Source: Acanthaster planci
Taxonomy: Eukaryota
Assembly (NCBI RefSeq): GCF_001949145.1
Contig: NW_019091358.1
Location: 2,180,240 to 2,244,239, forward strand
DNA length: 64,000 nt
Reading direction: 5' to 3'
The notes under the pieces were generated by a model. It worked only from the letters and a program-made list of their open reading frames with translations, was not told where the DNA came from and searched no databases. Below are positions 23,572 to 36,820 of the stretch, piece by piece. Every line of letters starts with the position of its first letter. Position 1 is the first letter of the stretch. Made by a program: the position numbers and the translations under genes.

Positions 23572-26565
23572 TCTAATATATGTTATATTCCATCGTGTAG
23601 GGCAGACCGTTACTGTTACGGTCAAACGTTAAGCTATACTGATTGGTGGAAATGATTTTGCTAGAAAAAATACCAGTCCACTATTCTGCGTCCACCATTT
23701 TGAACCGTGGCTATAGGACATAATGCAAATTAAATTGCCTCACCTCTGAAGTTGGTTATCGCAACACATACCCACCCACTGAAGAACTAATGCAGGTCAT
23801 GTCTTGGTTGCGTCAGCGAACTCGTGCTCTCAAGATAGATGATCGTCAGTGTTTGGTCTCCAATATTTATCATGAAACAGAGAGTATAGCAATGTATACG
23901 CAAGGTTTGGACTGCGTCTCTGCTTGAATGACAACTTATTTTACACAACTACCACGCAGTAAGATCGGTATCAATGCAGTCGAGGTACGTACTGAGAAAG
24001 ATGCATACCCATCAGACCACAATCCCAACGCGCGGGAAGTCGAGTCCTCGTTAGAACGGCCACTATATTACTGCAGTGAATGAGAAATAGGTATAATAGT
24101 GAAGACAGGTTACAGTGAGGTTTCAGTTCATTTTGGTTTGTCAAGGAGTGCTCATTTAAGCGTATGACCACTAGCGAAACTACCACGGTACCGGTACGTT
24201 ATGTTTTTTTTATTTATGTGTTGGAAAACTGAGGCCCCCAAGGGAATCACAGGTAACCTGAGTGGCACAAAATGATACAGGAGGCGTCGACAATACGATC
24301 TCCACACAATTTTCTGAAATATGTATATAAATATATAATTTTCTGGCATATTCCAGTATAATCACGTTTTCATGGGTGTTCCTATCAACACAATGTCATG
24401 AGCAGTAGCCGCAACGGTAGTGCCCTCGTGTCGGCCTGTATGTCACAATCATTGCATCATCGAATTGACTGAGGGGAGTAGAGAGTAAACTTTCTTTTTT
24501 TTTTATTGTTGTCTAATGCTGAGGTTATATATTAAGATTGTACACTAACACCGCCGCTATCTCTAGCTACGGAGCTTCGCATGATGTGTTGCCGTGTAAT
24601 GGGAAATCAACACTTAATCTAGCACCTGTTGTGGAATTGCTGTGAAATTGAGTCACTCTGACGGGACAGACGGAACATAACGACGAGCCAAAATGACTAG
24701 TACCGTGGACTGATACAGACTCGCAAAATATCAGTGAATCTGTGGATTTGTCTCAAATTTCACGTTGTAAGCGGTGATGAGTACCAATAAGTGTTTTATG
24801 TGATACTGTGTGATTGAAAGACTAAACATGTTTCATTTTGTTAGTTGTCGAACCAACTTTTCTTTGTTCCCTATCACTCAAAACCTTCACAACACATTAA
24901 TTTCTACTGCAGTGCTTTTCGAAATCTTCCTTTTGAATGAGCATTTTTTTCCCCGGTGGATACTGAAGATACAACATAAGCAATTCGGCGGTAAATCGAA
25001 AAACTTGCCATTCATTGCCGCACTTTTCCTGTAACTCCCCATTTCAGGCTATTTTAGACATATTGCGGGGTGACCATGAATGTTGTGAAAAGCCCCAAAC
25101 CAGGTATATATAGCTGACACTCTTAGATCGATTTTAACTTCTTTTGTTAGGGGTTGCTCAAGGAAATACAATTCACCATCTCACCTTGACAACAATCTCC
25201 GCGTAGCCTGAAATAACTGATGAGAAAATATATTCCACTCCCCAGGAAACTCGCTTGGTTAGAAAATAACTCGCCAACAAATTTCCTGTATCATAACGGA
25301 ACCTGTCTTGTCTGTCAGTTTAGGTTTTGACAAGAAGCGGACATGCGCGGTAACTCGACACACCACCCACCTGCCACAGGTGCAGAAAACTGACAGCGGT
25401 CGGTGCAGGTAAAACCTCTAGCCGTGAAGGCCTCTGAAATTGCTTAGGCCTGGGGGTCCAGAATAAAATAAGAGAATAGAATAAAAAGCGGTCGCTCTAA
25501 TCATATGTGCAATGTAAAGGGTGCCCATGGATTGGGGGACGGGGGCTTTCGAGACGCCTCATGGTGGCAAGCCTACCTACATGACGAGCCCACATTTGTG
25601 TCAGTGATTTTGACTTTGTGTATATCATCCAAAACGTGAGGCAAAACAACTGAGGACCGGTCAGAAGAGACCAGTATATTTGTCATCATCAAAGGTCTGA
25701 CATTCCCCTGTGAAGTGGTGAACGAACCTGAAAAGGACAGTCAGATTCCAAAATTATTTGCATTATTTGTACGATTTCCAATCTGCTTACAAATTGAGAA
25801 TCTGTCGATTTGAAAACAGGTCGAAAGCAGAAGTACCTATATCTGTAGAATGTGCATAAAAATTACTTTCTTGCATATTTGGCTGTATCATTGAAATGCC
25901 ATCAGCTACACTATATTGTCTTATAGCCTTGTATTAGCATCACTAGCTGTAGCTATGATGGTTACTGACTTCATTAATTGCCTTTTAGTTTGTTTGTATT
26001 TTTTTTGGTACTGTCGTTCAGTTTTAGTTGTTCCGGTATTAAATATATACTTTCATCATATGTAACCCATTCTCCTTAATTAATCCCAGTGTATAAGTAT
26101 AAGAAAGCTGGTGTATATGGTGAGTAGTCTCTGCTAAAAAAATGGTTTGGTTGAAGTAAATGTAGTCTGCCTTTCCTTATATACACGAAACACGCTTTAA
26201 TGGAAGATGGGACTGTTTTAAAACCATAGTTGAAGGCGACGTGCCCTGTCGTGTCAGTACCTCTGCTCCCCAAAGCAGCGCTGCTATGACGGCATCCGCG
26301 CTGGAATTATCAACGACCTTACTGTGTCGAATCGATTTTATGGCAAACTTGGCACGGGGTTCAAGATGGTCAAGGAATAAGGCTGAGCGATAGTTTGCCG
26401 ATATCCTGAGGATCAGAAAAGCCAACTCCGCGGCTTGCTGTGATTTATTTTTTTTTCATGACAACCGACTTAGTTGTCCCAAGTTTATAATCCGAACCCT
26501 GATATGGTTTATTTTATTTAAAACTTATTGACTTCGTGAGTTCTGGGGCTTTAACCATTTAATCC

Positions 26566-26755
26566 TTAAAGAGTGATCTCTGTGTACTTGGAAAAAACGA
26601 TATGTGAAGAATGCTTTGATGTAATAAGTACAATTTAAATTTGTGTATATGTAACTTTGAAAACCTCGGCTTTGAAAGAATTGCTGTCTCAATAGTTAAG
26701 GGGCTCTTCGAATTCCCTTGGCAAATCTAAAAAAACGAAAAGAGTACCTCTTTAA
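26566..26755. mobile_element. TTAA-flanked ~190-bp MITE (Kolobok-like ends)
   Basis: TTAAAGAGTGATCTCT ... AGAGTACCTCTTTAA imperfect TIRs. Confidence 0.55.
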
Positions 26756-29010
26756 ATGAATACACTCGCAATCGATTAGCATACATATTCGTGTAAAGCA
26801 AGAACAGCCTGCATTTATTTAAAAAGGTGGAATCTGTTTTATCAATTCTGTAATGAATGGGGAGACGTTCAAAGTAATAGAACAGCATCACTGGAGAATT
26901 TTAATCAAAATTAAATGGTGAATGCCAATTTACTTGAATTTTCTTTGAAGCAAGTGAACCTTCCACGGCTTTCAAAAATGAATTCAGTATCAATTAGGAC
27001 TTTCATGAAAGGTAAACGTTGATTTTTAAGACTGTTCTCTTGATTGTTAGTTGTGGATTAAAATATATTTATCTTTGTACAAGTTGTGGAAAATAATAAA
27101 TGTTTTTGCACATTATTTAAGGCCTGACGTGAGCAATGTCCTTGCAGCTCTGCCAAATACACCATTGTTATGTAATTCCTGCATGGTGCATTTATCATAC
27201 ACGTATTTTCATCTCCTGAACGCATGCTGCCAATATACTGTTGCCAATATACACGTTTTCTGTGAAGGAGAAACGACGAAAAAGCTTTATTTCTGTCCCA
27301 ATTAAGCCATTGAGTAACTCCTCAGCTGGGTGCACAACTATTTTTTCATTCACCTGTCACATTCAAATGCTTTGCACGAAGTTACACACAGACATGCAAT
27401 CGATACCATCATTGTATCACACGGTCCACATGGATTTATATCTATGTGCTAGTTGCAGAAATACACTAAATTTAAGTTAGCACAGGCTATCGATATGACT
27501 GTACGGAGCTGGGGACCTTTTACATCACCAACAAGCAAGTTTCCCGAGTGACTGATTTGAGAACTACAGTTTTCCGTCTCTTTGAATGAAGATTACGTTT
27601 TACAACCTTGAAAGTACATTCACCAAAGGAAATTCTTCCGTTTGGAAAATACAATGCATTTGGAATATCATCTCATTCATCTGGGAGTATTATACGTAAG
27701 TTTCTAAGCGATTAATGTGTTTTGCAAATTTTTACATGAATTGTGATTGCTAAAAATGTTTTAAAAAGTTGTTTAATAACAGAAAAGGAGCGAAAACTGA
27801 GGTTTAACCGATAGTAAAGTTGCTACATGTGAATTTTAAAATAAATGCACAAAGAAAAAATATAAAAAAATAATAAAAATTATACTTTACCATTAGAATA
27901 TTTATCTAAATTAAAATGAAAAAAGATGAAATAAAACTAAAATGGAAGGGACATGTAAAAATGAAAATAAAAATCAAAAGGTATGTAAAAGTGAAAGTGA
28001 AGGAGACACATTAAAAACATTATAGAGTGCAACGTAAGTAGCGGTTATCGGCTATCTCAATAAGAAACGTTACCGCGTCCATTTGAGTGTTTACCGTGTT
28101 GAAAGTCTGGAACAATCTGCTTTGCTGTTGAGAGCATTTCTTACTGTGTTTGACGTTGTAATTTAATGTCGCAAGTGCTTTTACTCCCTGTATGAAGTCG
28201 CTTTTGAAGAATGTCCACACTATGCATTCTTAAAAACTTTACAGTCTTAAGAATAATCGACACTTTAATGAATAGGGTGACGTCACAAGACTGGTTTAAT
28301 GGTGTCTTTTGATGTGTAGTCGGATGAATAAATTAACACTTCTCCGAGCGCAGAAACTATGAATGCACATAAAAAGGCATACGATGCTGGATCAAGACTC
28401 TACCCATCGATACGTGTATACTTTCAAGCCGTAGCTAACTAAGTTGGACACGACCACGTAAACTTGTCACGGTTACTTTCAGTGGTACCCTAAGAAATGC
28501 TGATCGTTTGTGTATCCCAAACCCTGATGAGTCCTGAACATGGTCTGATACGCTTACAATAGGGCGGATTGTTACAAACTAATTTTGATCTTTGAACGTA
28601 ACTTCGAAGGTGATACATCAGACTGAACCTTTTTTGAATCAAAAAACGAATTTTCCAATTTTCTGCTTACGAACACCTAGCCAGCGTAGTTAAATCTTAA
28701 ACAAAATGAAAGTTTAGATACAACACAGACGGGCGAGGGAGCATCCCCCCCTTAGAAATTAGTCTGTGAAATTAAATCTGTGATCGAACCAATTGAGTTT
28801 CCCCCTTCTAGAAAATGAGGGCCCTTGCAAAATGTACCGCAGTTACACCCCTGCTCACAGATCCACGAGTTCGTGGTGCGGTCAACAACTCTAATGCTAG
28901 GGAGTAACTATCCCAGGAGCTTCTAGTTTGACTGAGGGTGGAATTCAGAATTTGCTTGTCCCCACTGTCTTCAGAGAAATCTGAGATGGGCTGATCCCTT
29001 TGACAGGGTT

Positions 29011-29651
29011 TAGGTGAACTCATTCCAGACGACTAGTCGCTTACAAATTCCCCTCTGGCTGACTTGCCTCTGGCCCACTTACCCCCTGGCTATTTATTCA
29101 ATATCAAGCCTAGCAACATTAGCTAGTCCTCATCAAGTTTGTGTTAGCTTGATTTACATATGTTTTTAAATCCAAATATTATAGGCCCTACTACTTTTAA
29201 TTGTACTTTCTTTTTGAAATACATTATAAAGTTTTTTCGACACCGGACAGAACAACTGCCCGGAAACGGCCATGTGTAGCTATGAATAAATGTTTCATGA
29301 ATCTCATTCCATTTATTTCAGATTTTTAACGTGAAATTGTCCAATTTTTGTGAACTTGTGTTTTTTTTATTATAAAATATTTCCCCCGGTCTATCGCAAA
29401 CTTTGGAGGACTGCCCATGCACACGTGTGTTGAGCCTGCGGGCAAAAACTGGCCCAATTCCGGTTCACACACTAGTGCCGCGGTTAACCGTAGCGCAGGT
29501 GTTAGTATCAGTCTGGTTTGACAACAAGGTTTGGCAAGCAGGGGTCGAGTTTATGAGGAGCAAACCGGTCAAGGGGAGAGTTGGCAAGGGGCAAAATGGT
29601 ATATGGGGCGGGTCGGTAAGGGATGAGTCGGCCAGGGGCAAGTTTGACCTA
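29011..29651. mobile_element. Decayed non-autonomous DNA transposon with inverted subterminal repeat arrays
   Basis: Left taggtgaactc plus repeated acttgcc(c/t)ctggc-like units; right repeated g(g/c)ca(a)ggggc(a/g)ag-like units ending gtttgaccta. Confidence 0.5.
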
Positions 29652-32600
29652 CAGTCGAAGTGGGAAAACGATTGTATCGATCAGCCTTCCTAAAATTGAT
29701 ATGTTGCTGTGTGCCTTCAAAGTTGCTCTCCGATTTGGCGGATTCCCTTATACTCCAATATGCAAATCGCGCTGTGCACGTTTACATTGAGCAAAACCCG
29801 TATCTGGCATTATACGCAAAGACGCGCTGGCCGTTTCAGAAACGGGCCAAAGTACATTAAGATCCCTCTACTGAATGCCTGAAGGCACCTTGGAGTGGTG
29901 CGATATTCGATAGCATTAGTGGAATCAAGAACAAGGGTCTAGAAAATGGTTTATTTAGACCAACCATGCCTTGCCCTTGCGCTTTTTTATAATTGTATCC
30001 TTAATGTTTCTAACTGACGACGACGCTTTTTAATGCATGAAAAAGTTTTTTTTTTATTTCTCATAATTATATACATGTAAGTAGCTAAAATGTTTGCCCT
30101 CTTATCTAAGGCATCATCTATTAATTTACAGTTAATTATGGGTTCCTGCTTTCTTTGTATTACAGGTTCAAAAACTGTATGAACAATCGGGATTGTGGTA
30201 AACACCATGACCCAACCTGGTTTGAAAGTGGCTTGAGAGGTTGGAAATGCACGTACCCACAAGACCTCCGTGAACAACGCATCAGAATTGTTCATTTGAA
30301 TAAGTGAAACACAGATTTAAAAGTGTACTTTTATTTCTTGTTACACGGTGAAACTGTACAACTTTGAGTTTGATCTTTAACTCAGATATCGCTCCTCAAA
30401 ACTGGGATTCGTGTGCGCTGCATCTAAAAAGAGGGAAATTCTGTTTCATTATTTCCGGCTGCGTGCTGTAATCTTAGTTCAGGGATACTGCAGGAAACTA
30501 GCTTGACGTGCTGCCATTGATAAGGAGTCATGCGATCATCTTAGATAAGTCGGTCCTGATTTGAGCACAAGACTTGTCATGTAGCGTGCGTTCCATCAGA
30601 GTTAGGGAAGTTCAGTTCTCTGAATGGTAAAGCTCTACAGCAGCTGTATGTACTTTTATCGCCCCTGCCTAAAGAAACTGAGGAAAGCCCCCCCCCCTTT
30701 GTGTTATTGAGCTCTGCTTAGGCAATCGAAAATTCGAATTAATATAGCTGACTTAGCAAGGTGTGCCATTAGATGCTTCGGTACATAACCAGGCATCAGT
30801 GGACTCTTGTCTCCGTCTCTCTCTTCGCCTTGACTGCTGTAGTACACATCACACTTCGTGGAGGCTATCGCGATCATTGGGAGTTTACTATTTACTCGGC
30901 GCAGGAATAGGAACCGATATCAAAGGCTGTTTAATTGACAGGACTACTCACTATCTTAGTTGAATATGTATAGGTGAAATCCATCTGAAGAAGAGATGTA
31001 TGACAAACCGACATTCTTTCTTCAGGGAAATTTGCTGCATGTCAACGGGAATAATTATGTTAGGTATAAATTTCTCAAGACTCTGAACTTGTTCGAATTT
31101 GCTGATGTCGCTCCTGAAAGGTCCAAGGCCAATTTAAGGTTACATCTGCAATCTCGAGTAAAGACACTTAAATTTCTACTCCAATGCTAGATCACATTGT
31201 TGGGCTTTATTTCCGTTGTTATTTAAGGTGAACAGGTCTCGTGTCACAGCCACTTGTCCATCCTAACCTCCAGACCCAATCTAATGCCCCTCATAAAAAG
31301 TCGACCCAATTAAGGCAATCAGTAATATTTGTGGCATTTTATGGAAAGCAAAATGGTATTTGGGACAGGTAAAAATAGATGGATATCTTTAGAAAGAGAT
31401 AATCTGCCTTAAATAATTACTCCTAGAACTTCCTTCATTAATTGATAAATCCTTTTAAATGGGTAACAAAAGCCACTGCATCTTTAATACCACGTGCTTT
31501 TCCAAATATACCAAAAAATAAAATGCAAATGTACCCACATCTATGAAGCCAAGGCTCTTGTTGACCAAAGCCAGCAACACATGAGCGGTGAAAGCGGGGC
31601 CACTACCTCTCAAGCATTTCCCAAGGAAAAGTTGGACAAACACTTTGAAGAGCAATCACAACAGGCCGGCACACTCGCTATGTCTCCTTGCTGACGTTAC
31701 AATCCGCTCTCGTTGCACGTGTGCTCAACGTATAATATTGGACATTGAAGACGTCAGGGCACGTTTTGCTGACGTTCCCCAGGCTCTCATGTTTCGCCGC
31801 AGCCAGACTCGCCAAAATATGGCAGATTCCTGTTCAAGCTTCAGTGGCATTTGAGGCCTTCTTCACCTGGCATTATCATAAATTCCACCTTGTCTAATCT
31901 GCGTCTTAATCCACCAGGCTTGTCATCACTCTTTGAACCTTCGAGGCGTTCACTTCATCGTATACTTGTTGGGACATGTCCCGGCTTTCTTTGTTGTTGA
32001 GCCAGTGTTCCTTTTGCTTTAATTATTACCCATTCCTTTTTTTTTTTTTTTTGCTGATTAGATATTATCAAACGATGAAGCAAAAAATCACAGTAAAAGT
32101 GCTGGATACCTGTTTAAGTTTTGTCACTCATTTGTTTGTTCTTTAGATTTACGGATTTAGATCCACTTCTTAAAGTGTTTTATTTTGTAGGCTGTAACTG
32201 TAAGCGTTTTGAGAATTACTTTTAGCACTGTGTGTTTTCTAATGTGTAATTCTTAACTGGCAGTGGAGAGTGGAAATAAATAGAATGAAAACGAACCTAG
32301 ATTGGCGTGTGTTTTTTTAATTCCAGCAATAGTGAGATTCACTTCAGCAAATGACTTCTATTATACCCCCCCACTCTGGACCTAATCTTGCGCCCAAAGG
32401 CCTAATTCGTGAGTGACTCTGGCATGATGACTACCTATCCATATTCTAACACCTAACCGCCACATGAAGAACGGCTAAATATCATGTACTTGAGGGTTTC
32501 CATTAACATGAATTGTGTAGTTTAACTTTATATCACTCGACGTGCTAATGTACAGTGGATTCAAACAGTGGAGCAAACGATGAGGTAAGCATGGTCCATT

Positions 32601-32820
32601 GCATTGTTCAATACTCAAACAAGTACCAGTGCATTAGCTCAACCAGGAATTGCTATGGGGGGGTCCGTGTTCTAGCGAGAGGGACGCTTGCCGTGCAATG
32701 TATCCTATGGTTTTTTCCCCCAAACGCGATTCGATAGCTTCGAAAGAGAGTGCCTTATCGGTAATTTATTATTCATAAATGTGTCTCTTAACTTAAGGAG
32801 TAGTTAAAGGATAAGGAAGG

Positions 32821-33025
32821 GGGGTTAGCTGGCTTTCGTAGCGGTGCTTTCCGTGCTTTGCACCAGTGAGGCCCAGGTTTGAATCTCGGCTTGGGCTAGG
32901 GTTAAAGTGCATTTGGTTTCCAGTCCATGCTCGCTCACGTCGGTTTTCTCCGGGTACTCTGGTTTCCTCTTGCCTGTAACAAATGGCCTCAGTTGCTGGA
33001 AAGCGCCATTAAAACAATACAACAA
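32821..33025 (+). mobile_element. tRNA-derived SINE with a conserved central core (V-/Meta-SINE-like)
   Basis: Degenerate tRNA head with B box (ggtttgaatctc), core ggttttctccgggtactctggtttcctc, A-rich tail attaaaacaatacaac. Confidence 0.75.
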
Positions 33026-36000
33026 GGCACCGCAGTGTTAAAATCACCAATTCGTGATAGAGAGCTTGTGAACTGGTCAGAAGTAGTCCTGACTCGTAAT
33101 TTTCAAGATCAAGCTTCGAATCCACAGTGTCATTTTTGCTTCTTTTTAGCTCATGATGCGAATATCAAGCGAGAAAGAACACCCTAACCCCGCTAAAAGC
33201 CTAAATTTGACTAGTGTAGCCAAAAACAATGCCTTAGATATGCATATTATAGACCAATCACAGGATGGTAACATTTATTACAACCGTTTGAAAAAATAAG
33301 AATTCTGCGGGCTAGCTAGCTTGGTTGGTGGTTTTGTACATCAATCTGCATGTTATTGGTCGAGTCAAAACATTTGGCTTCAAATGAAAGATAATTTACC
33401 GTCATGATTAAAATAAATTTTACATAGAAGTACTTCTTACCCACCTGTATGTGTTCATCGCAATAAACATACGCCAATTATCTGTTTCAGTAACTCCTCT
33501 AAATCCACAAATGGTTTGGAGTAATTTACGTCTGCTCATGCCATCTCGGGCCGTTTAACACTGTCCTCTATATGAAATAATCAATGGTGTCAAAATTTAT
33601 TTTTACTTCACTGCTTGCAGTTGCATGAAAATAGTTTCTCTGTCATGTGCCTCTGCTTTCAGGAACCTTAATATTCGTTGATAACAGGAATAAAAAAAAT
33701 TATAGATAAAAATAAATACAGAATTGCTAGCGAAAACAAAAGCCATATCTGGTGAATAATTATTCAATTTGTGAATGTATTGCGTAGTTTCGCAAAATCT
33801 AAAAGACGCCTTTCCCTCCCCATGTCATATTTGCACACGCATGCCCGGCTATATAGGCAGGCATCTTTGAAAACAACCCTAAAATTACATCTCTCCATCA
33901 CTATTAAAGTGTACGATATCTCACAATTGGATTTATTTCAAAACGAGCTAATGAGGTACCTTTGATTGCTGCAAAGAAATCAAATGTGACTGTATTGGGA
34001 AAGAGATAGATTTCAGAACAGCACTCAACATCCGGGCTGAAAGGGAAACAAGGTACAGGTGCTCTCTTCCTGGTCACGCAACCCGTTTTAGACCACTGAA
34101 AAGTATCGAACAATGATCAAAACCATTGGAGTTGTTTTCAAAATATTTTTTTTATTTTAATATTTAGAAAAAAATGCATATACCGATTGTTGTAATGATT
34201 TCAATCGAGTTGTTGGAGTTTATTTTCCTGTTTCATACTAAATATTTGCTTGATTGGTTCGTTGTAGGTCATGCCATTTGAAATTTGATACTTTTTATTC
34301 AATGTTTCTTAGTTCCGTGTTTGTCATATTTTCTTTTTCTGGTATTCTGGTATTCTGTTGTGTTTCAGGAGTTTTTCTCTTTCTCTTTTCCTTTTCTCAT
34401 GTCTTTAACTCTGTGCAATAATTGTTTGGTTTATATTTGTGTATAATTTTCAATATTTCCCGGTCATTCACGTTTTATGCCTTTATTGTTTTTATTTGTT
34501 ATGTCTTTCAAATTAACTCATTCATGTTTAATGAGGCTCCTTGGATTAACAAGACTGTCTTGTCAAAATAAAGCTGATAATAATATTCCTGTGGAGGCGC
34601 TGTTAAAAGCTGACTTGTTGCATAACCTGTCTAACTCGTAACTATGCATCTTGAGGCATTTCACTCATGTCCACATCCCCTTCGACGATGACACTTTAAG
34701 CTCTCTCAGAAATTTCCGGCGTAAAAGCAAGCACACTTTTCAAAAGTGTCCATCGTTTCCAACAAATTTTGGGGTAATTCATAAAATTACTTTATATATA
34801 ATGTATATCTAATGGAGTTTCTCTCTCTTTAAGCGAATAGAAATGACGGAGAAGCAAATCATTCGTGCCGGTAATGTTCACGAAAATTTTAAACGCATTC
34901 GTCATGTTTTGATTTTCACGAAAATTTTCTCTATTTTTGAAATAAGTCCTCCCACATACAAAGGCCTGTTCCCCCATTTGAACACACATTCTATCAAATC
35001 TTGGGGTATACTACTGTGAATATCCCCACTCTCATTATTATCGCATTTTTGCATTAAAATCAAGGGATGCGCCTAACTTATCTCTTGACGTCCAGCTTAA
35101 CAGGGGAGTGATCGTTAATTAATTAACCCTTTCCGATGACGGAAATATGCACCGGATTTAGTCATATAAGTTGGGTAGTTATTCATACAGAGGAAAACAT
35201 TCTGGCTTTATTCTATCCTCAAGACTCGAGAAAGTAACCTACCCCTTTTGTTGTCGAAAAACTTTAGGCCTTCTGGAAGAAAAGCATGGCCTTAATGAGC
35301 TGCGCGAAACATGCGCATCTGCATCTTGGAAATTGTTACTAAATTCAAGTTTTGGCATTGGATAGTGGAAGACTGTAAGTCCTTGATTGGCTGAGAGTAC
35401 TCAAATTTGAAAATACGAATCCCACAGGAGCCCTTCTAAAATAAACGTTAGAATGGAATAAATAAGTCCAACCAAAAAGAACAATAATTCGGCATCGAGA
35501 ATTGATAGGAGTGTTTTTTTTATCCCCTTTATTTCTGGGGAAAGGTTACTTAGCAAATCAAAGATTGCAGGTCGAAAAAAGTGTATCTTTGATGTCTGAT
35601 ACCATATATAAAGCAGTTGTGGGGCATTTTCGTCCAGAACTCCCAAAATAAAAAGAAGATTTAATCAGTAAGGAATAGAATCACAAGCAGGAAGACTGAG
35701 ATTTGCTCGGAGCAACTTTGATTTTTTTCTATTCCAAATGTAGGCATCAGTGTTGAAATTAAAATGATGTAATTTTAAATTCAATGCGTTTCTTTGAGCT
35801 GACTGTGATTGTGTGATGTGCCTCATGTTTGATGTGTCTTAAACGAATCGCTGGCTCAGCGCTCAGAATCAATATGGTGTCATTCAAAATAGCGGAAGAT
35901 AACATGAAACTAGACAAGTCACCTATTTGACAAGCGGCAACGCTAAATGTCAAGATTTTTATTTTTTTTTCTTTACAGCGGTCTAGTCTAGTTACCGTGG

Positions 36001-36640
36001 GTTAATGCCCTGGGAATTTTCTTCATCAATGCGTCTGCCCTTAGCATACCCCACGCCAGTATTTGCTGCGGGTAATTTACAGTTGTCAATTTAAGCGGAA
36101 CCAAACCGGCCTGTATCAACAGTTTGTAATTAGCTTTGCTGGTGATGTGGCCAGGTTTGCAGAGACGGATAAATAATTGATTCAAACCCTGTGGGTGCTT
36201 TAGGGAAAATTAATTTCTTCACCGAACACATGCATTTGAGTTTCTGCCACCAAGTAACTGACGCACTTGCATTCCCAGAAAGAAATTGTGCAGGCTGTTT
36301 GCCTAAGTTTTTGGTTTGTCCTAATTTTATTGATTTTCTTTTCATATTTTTATTCACACTTCTACATATTCAAATACAAAACATGAATGGTTCTTGACAT
36401 GCTAAACTGGCTACTCTTTTGTTCAGTCAAATTAACAATTCATATAGTCGAGAGACGGTTCAAGTAGATGACTTTCTTATATGAAAGTGTAACTGGTTCC
36501 TTTCACTTCAAGAACGAACGACTTACCCTGTTTCTGGTCTACTTCCACGTTGCTCTTCTTTCAAAATTAACATCGGTTTATAAAACGTCAAACCTAGCAA
36601 CATGAACAGTGAAACCGATATTTTTGCTCTAATGATATTT

Positions 36641-36820
36641 ATTGGACTGGAAAGGCCAGGCTGGATCGGATACGATCCAATTCGATGGGATGAGACTGAA
36701 TTGGATTGTTTTGATCTAATTCAATTGGATTTACTCGGACTTGCTTGATTCGAATCGATTTTGTTGGATTCAGTTTAGCTTGGATTTGATGGGTTGGGTT
36801 GGGTTGTTTGGGTTGGATTG
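36641..36820. repeat. Degenerate (TTGGA/TTGGG)n pentanucleotide tract
   Basis: ttggactgga...tggatcggat...ttggattcagtttagcttggatttgatgggttgggttgggtt. Confidence 0.75.

Noticed and set aside
28520..28565. Hammerhead ribozyme-like CTGATGAGTCC
   Set aside because: The required GGAC-GAAA and stem III are not intact (ggtctgatac); at best a decayed relic
31500..32010. GC-balanced, coding-looking stretch (also 62140-62520 and 48740-49170)
   Set aside because: Frames are interrupted and I recognise no domain; a BLASTX search would be needed to call a pseudogene or TE relic
35961..36090. Strong-looking acceptor (ttttttttctttacag) as another exon
   Set aside because: All three frames stop within a few codons and there is no homology to the receptor
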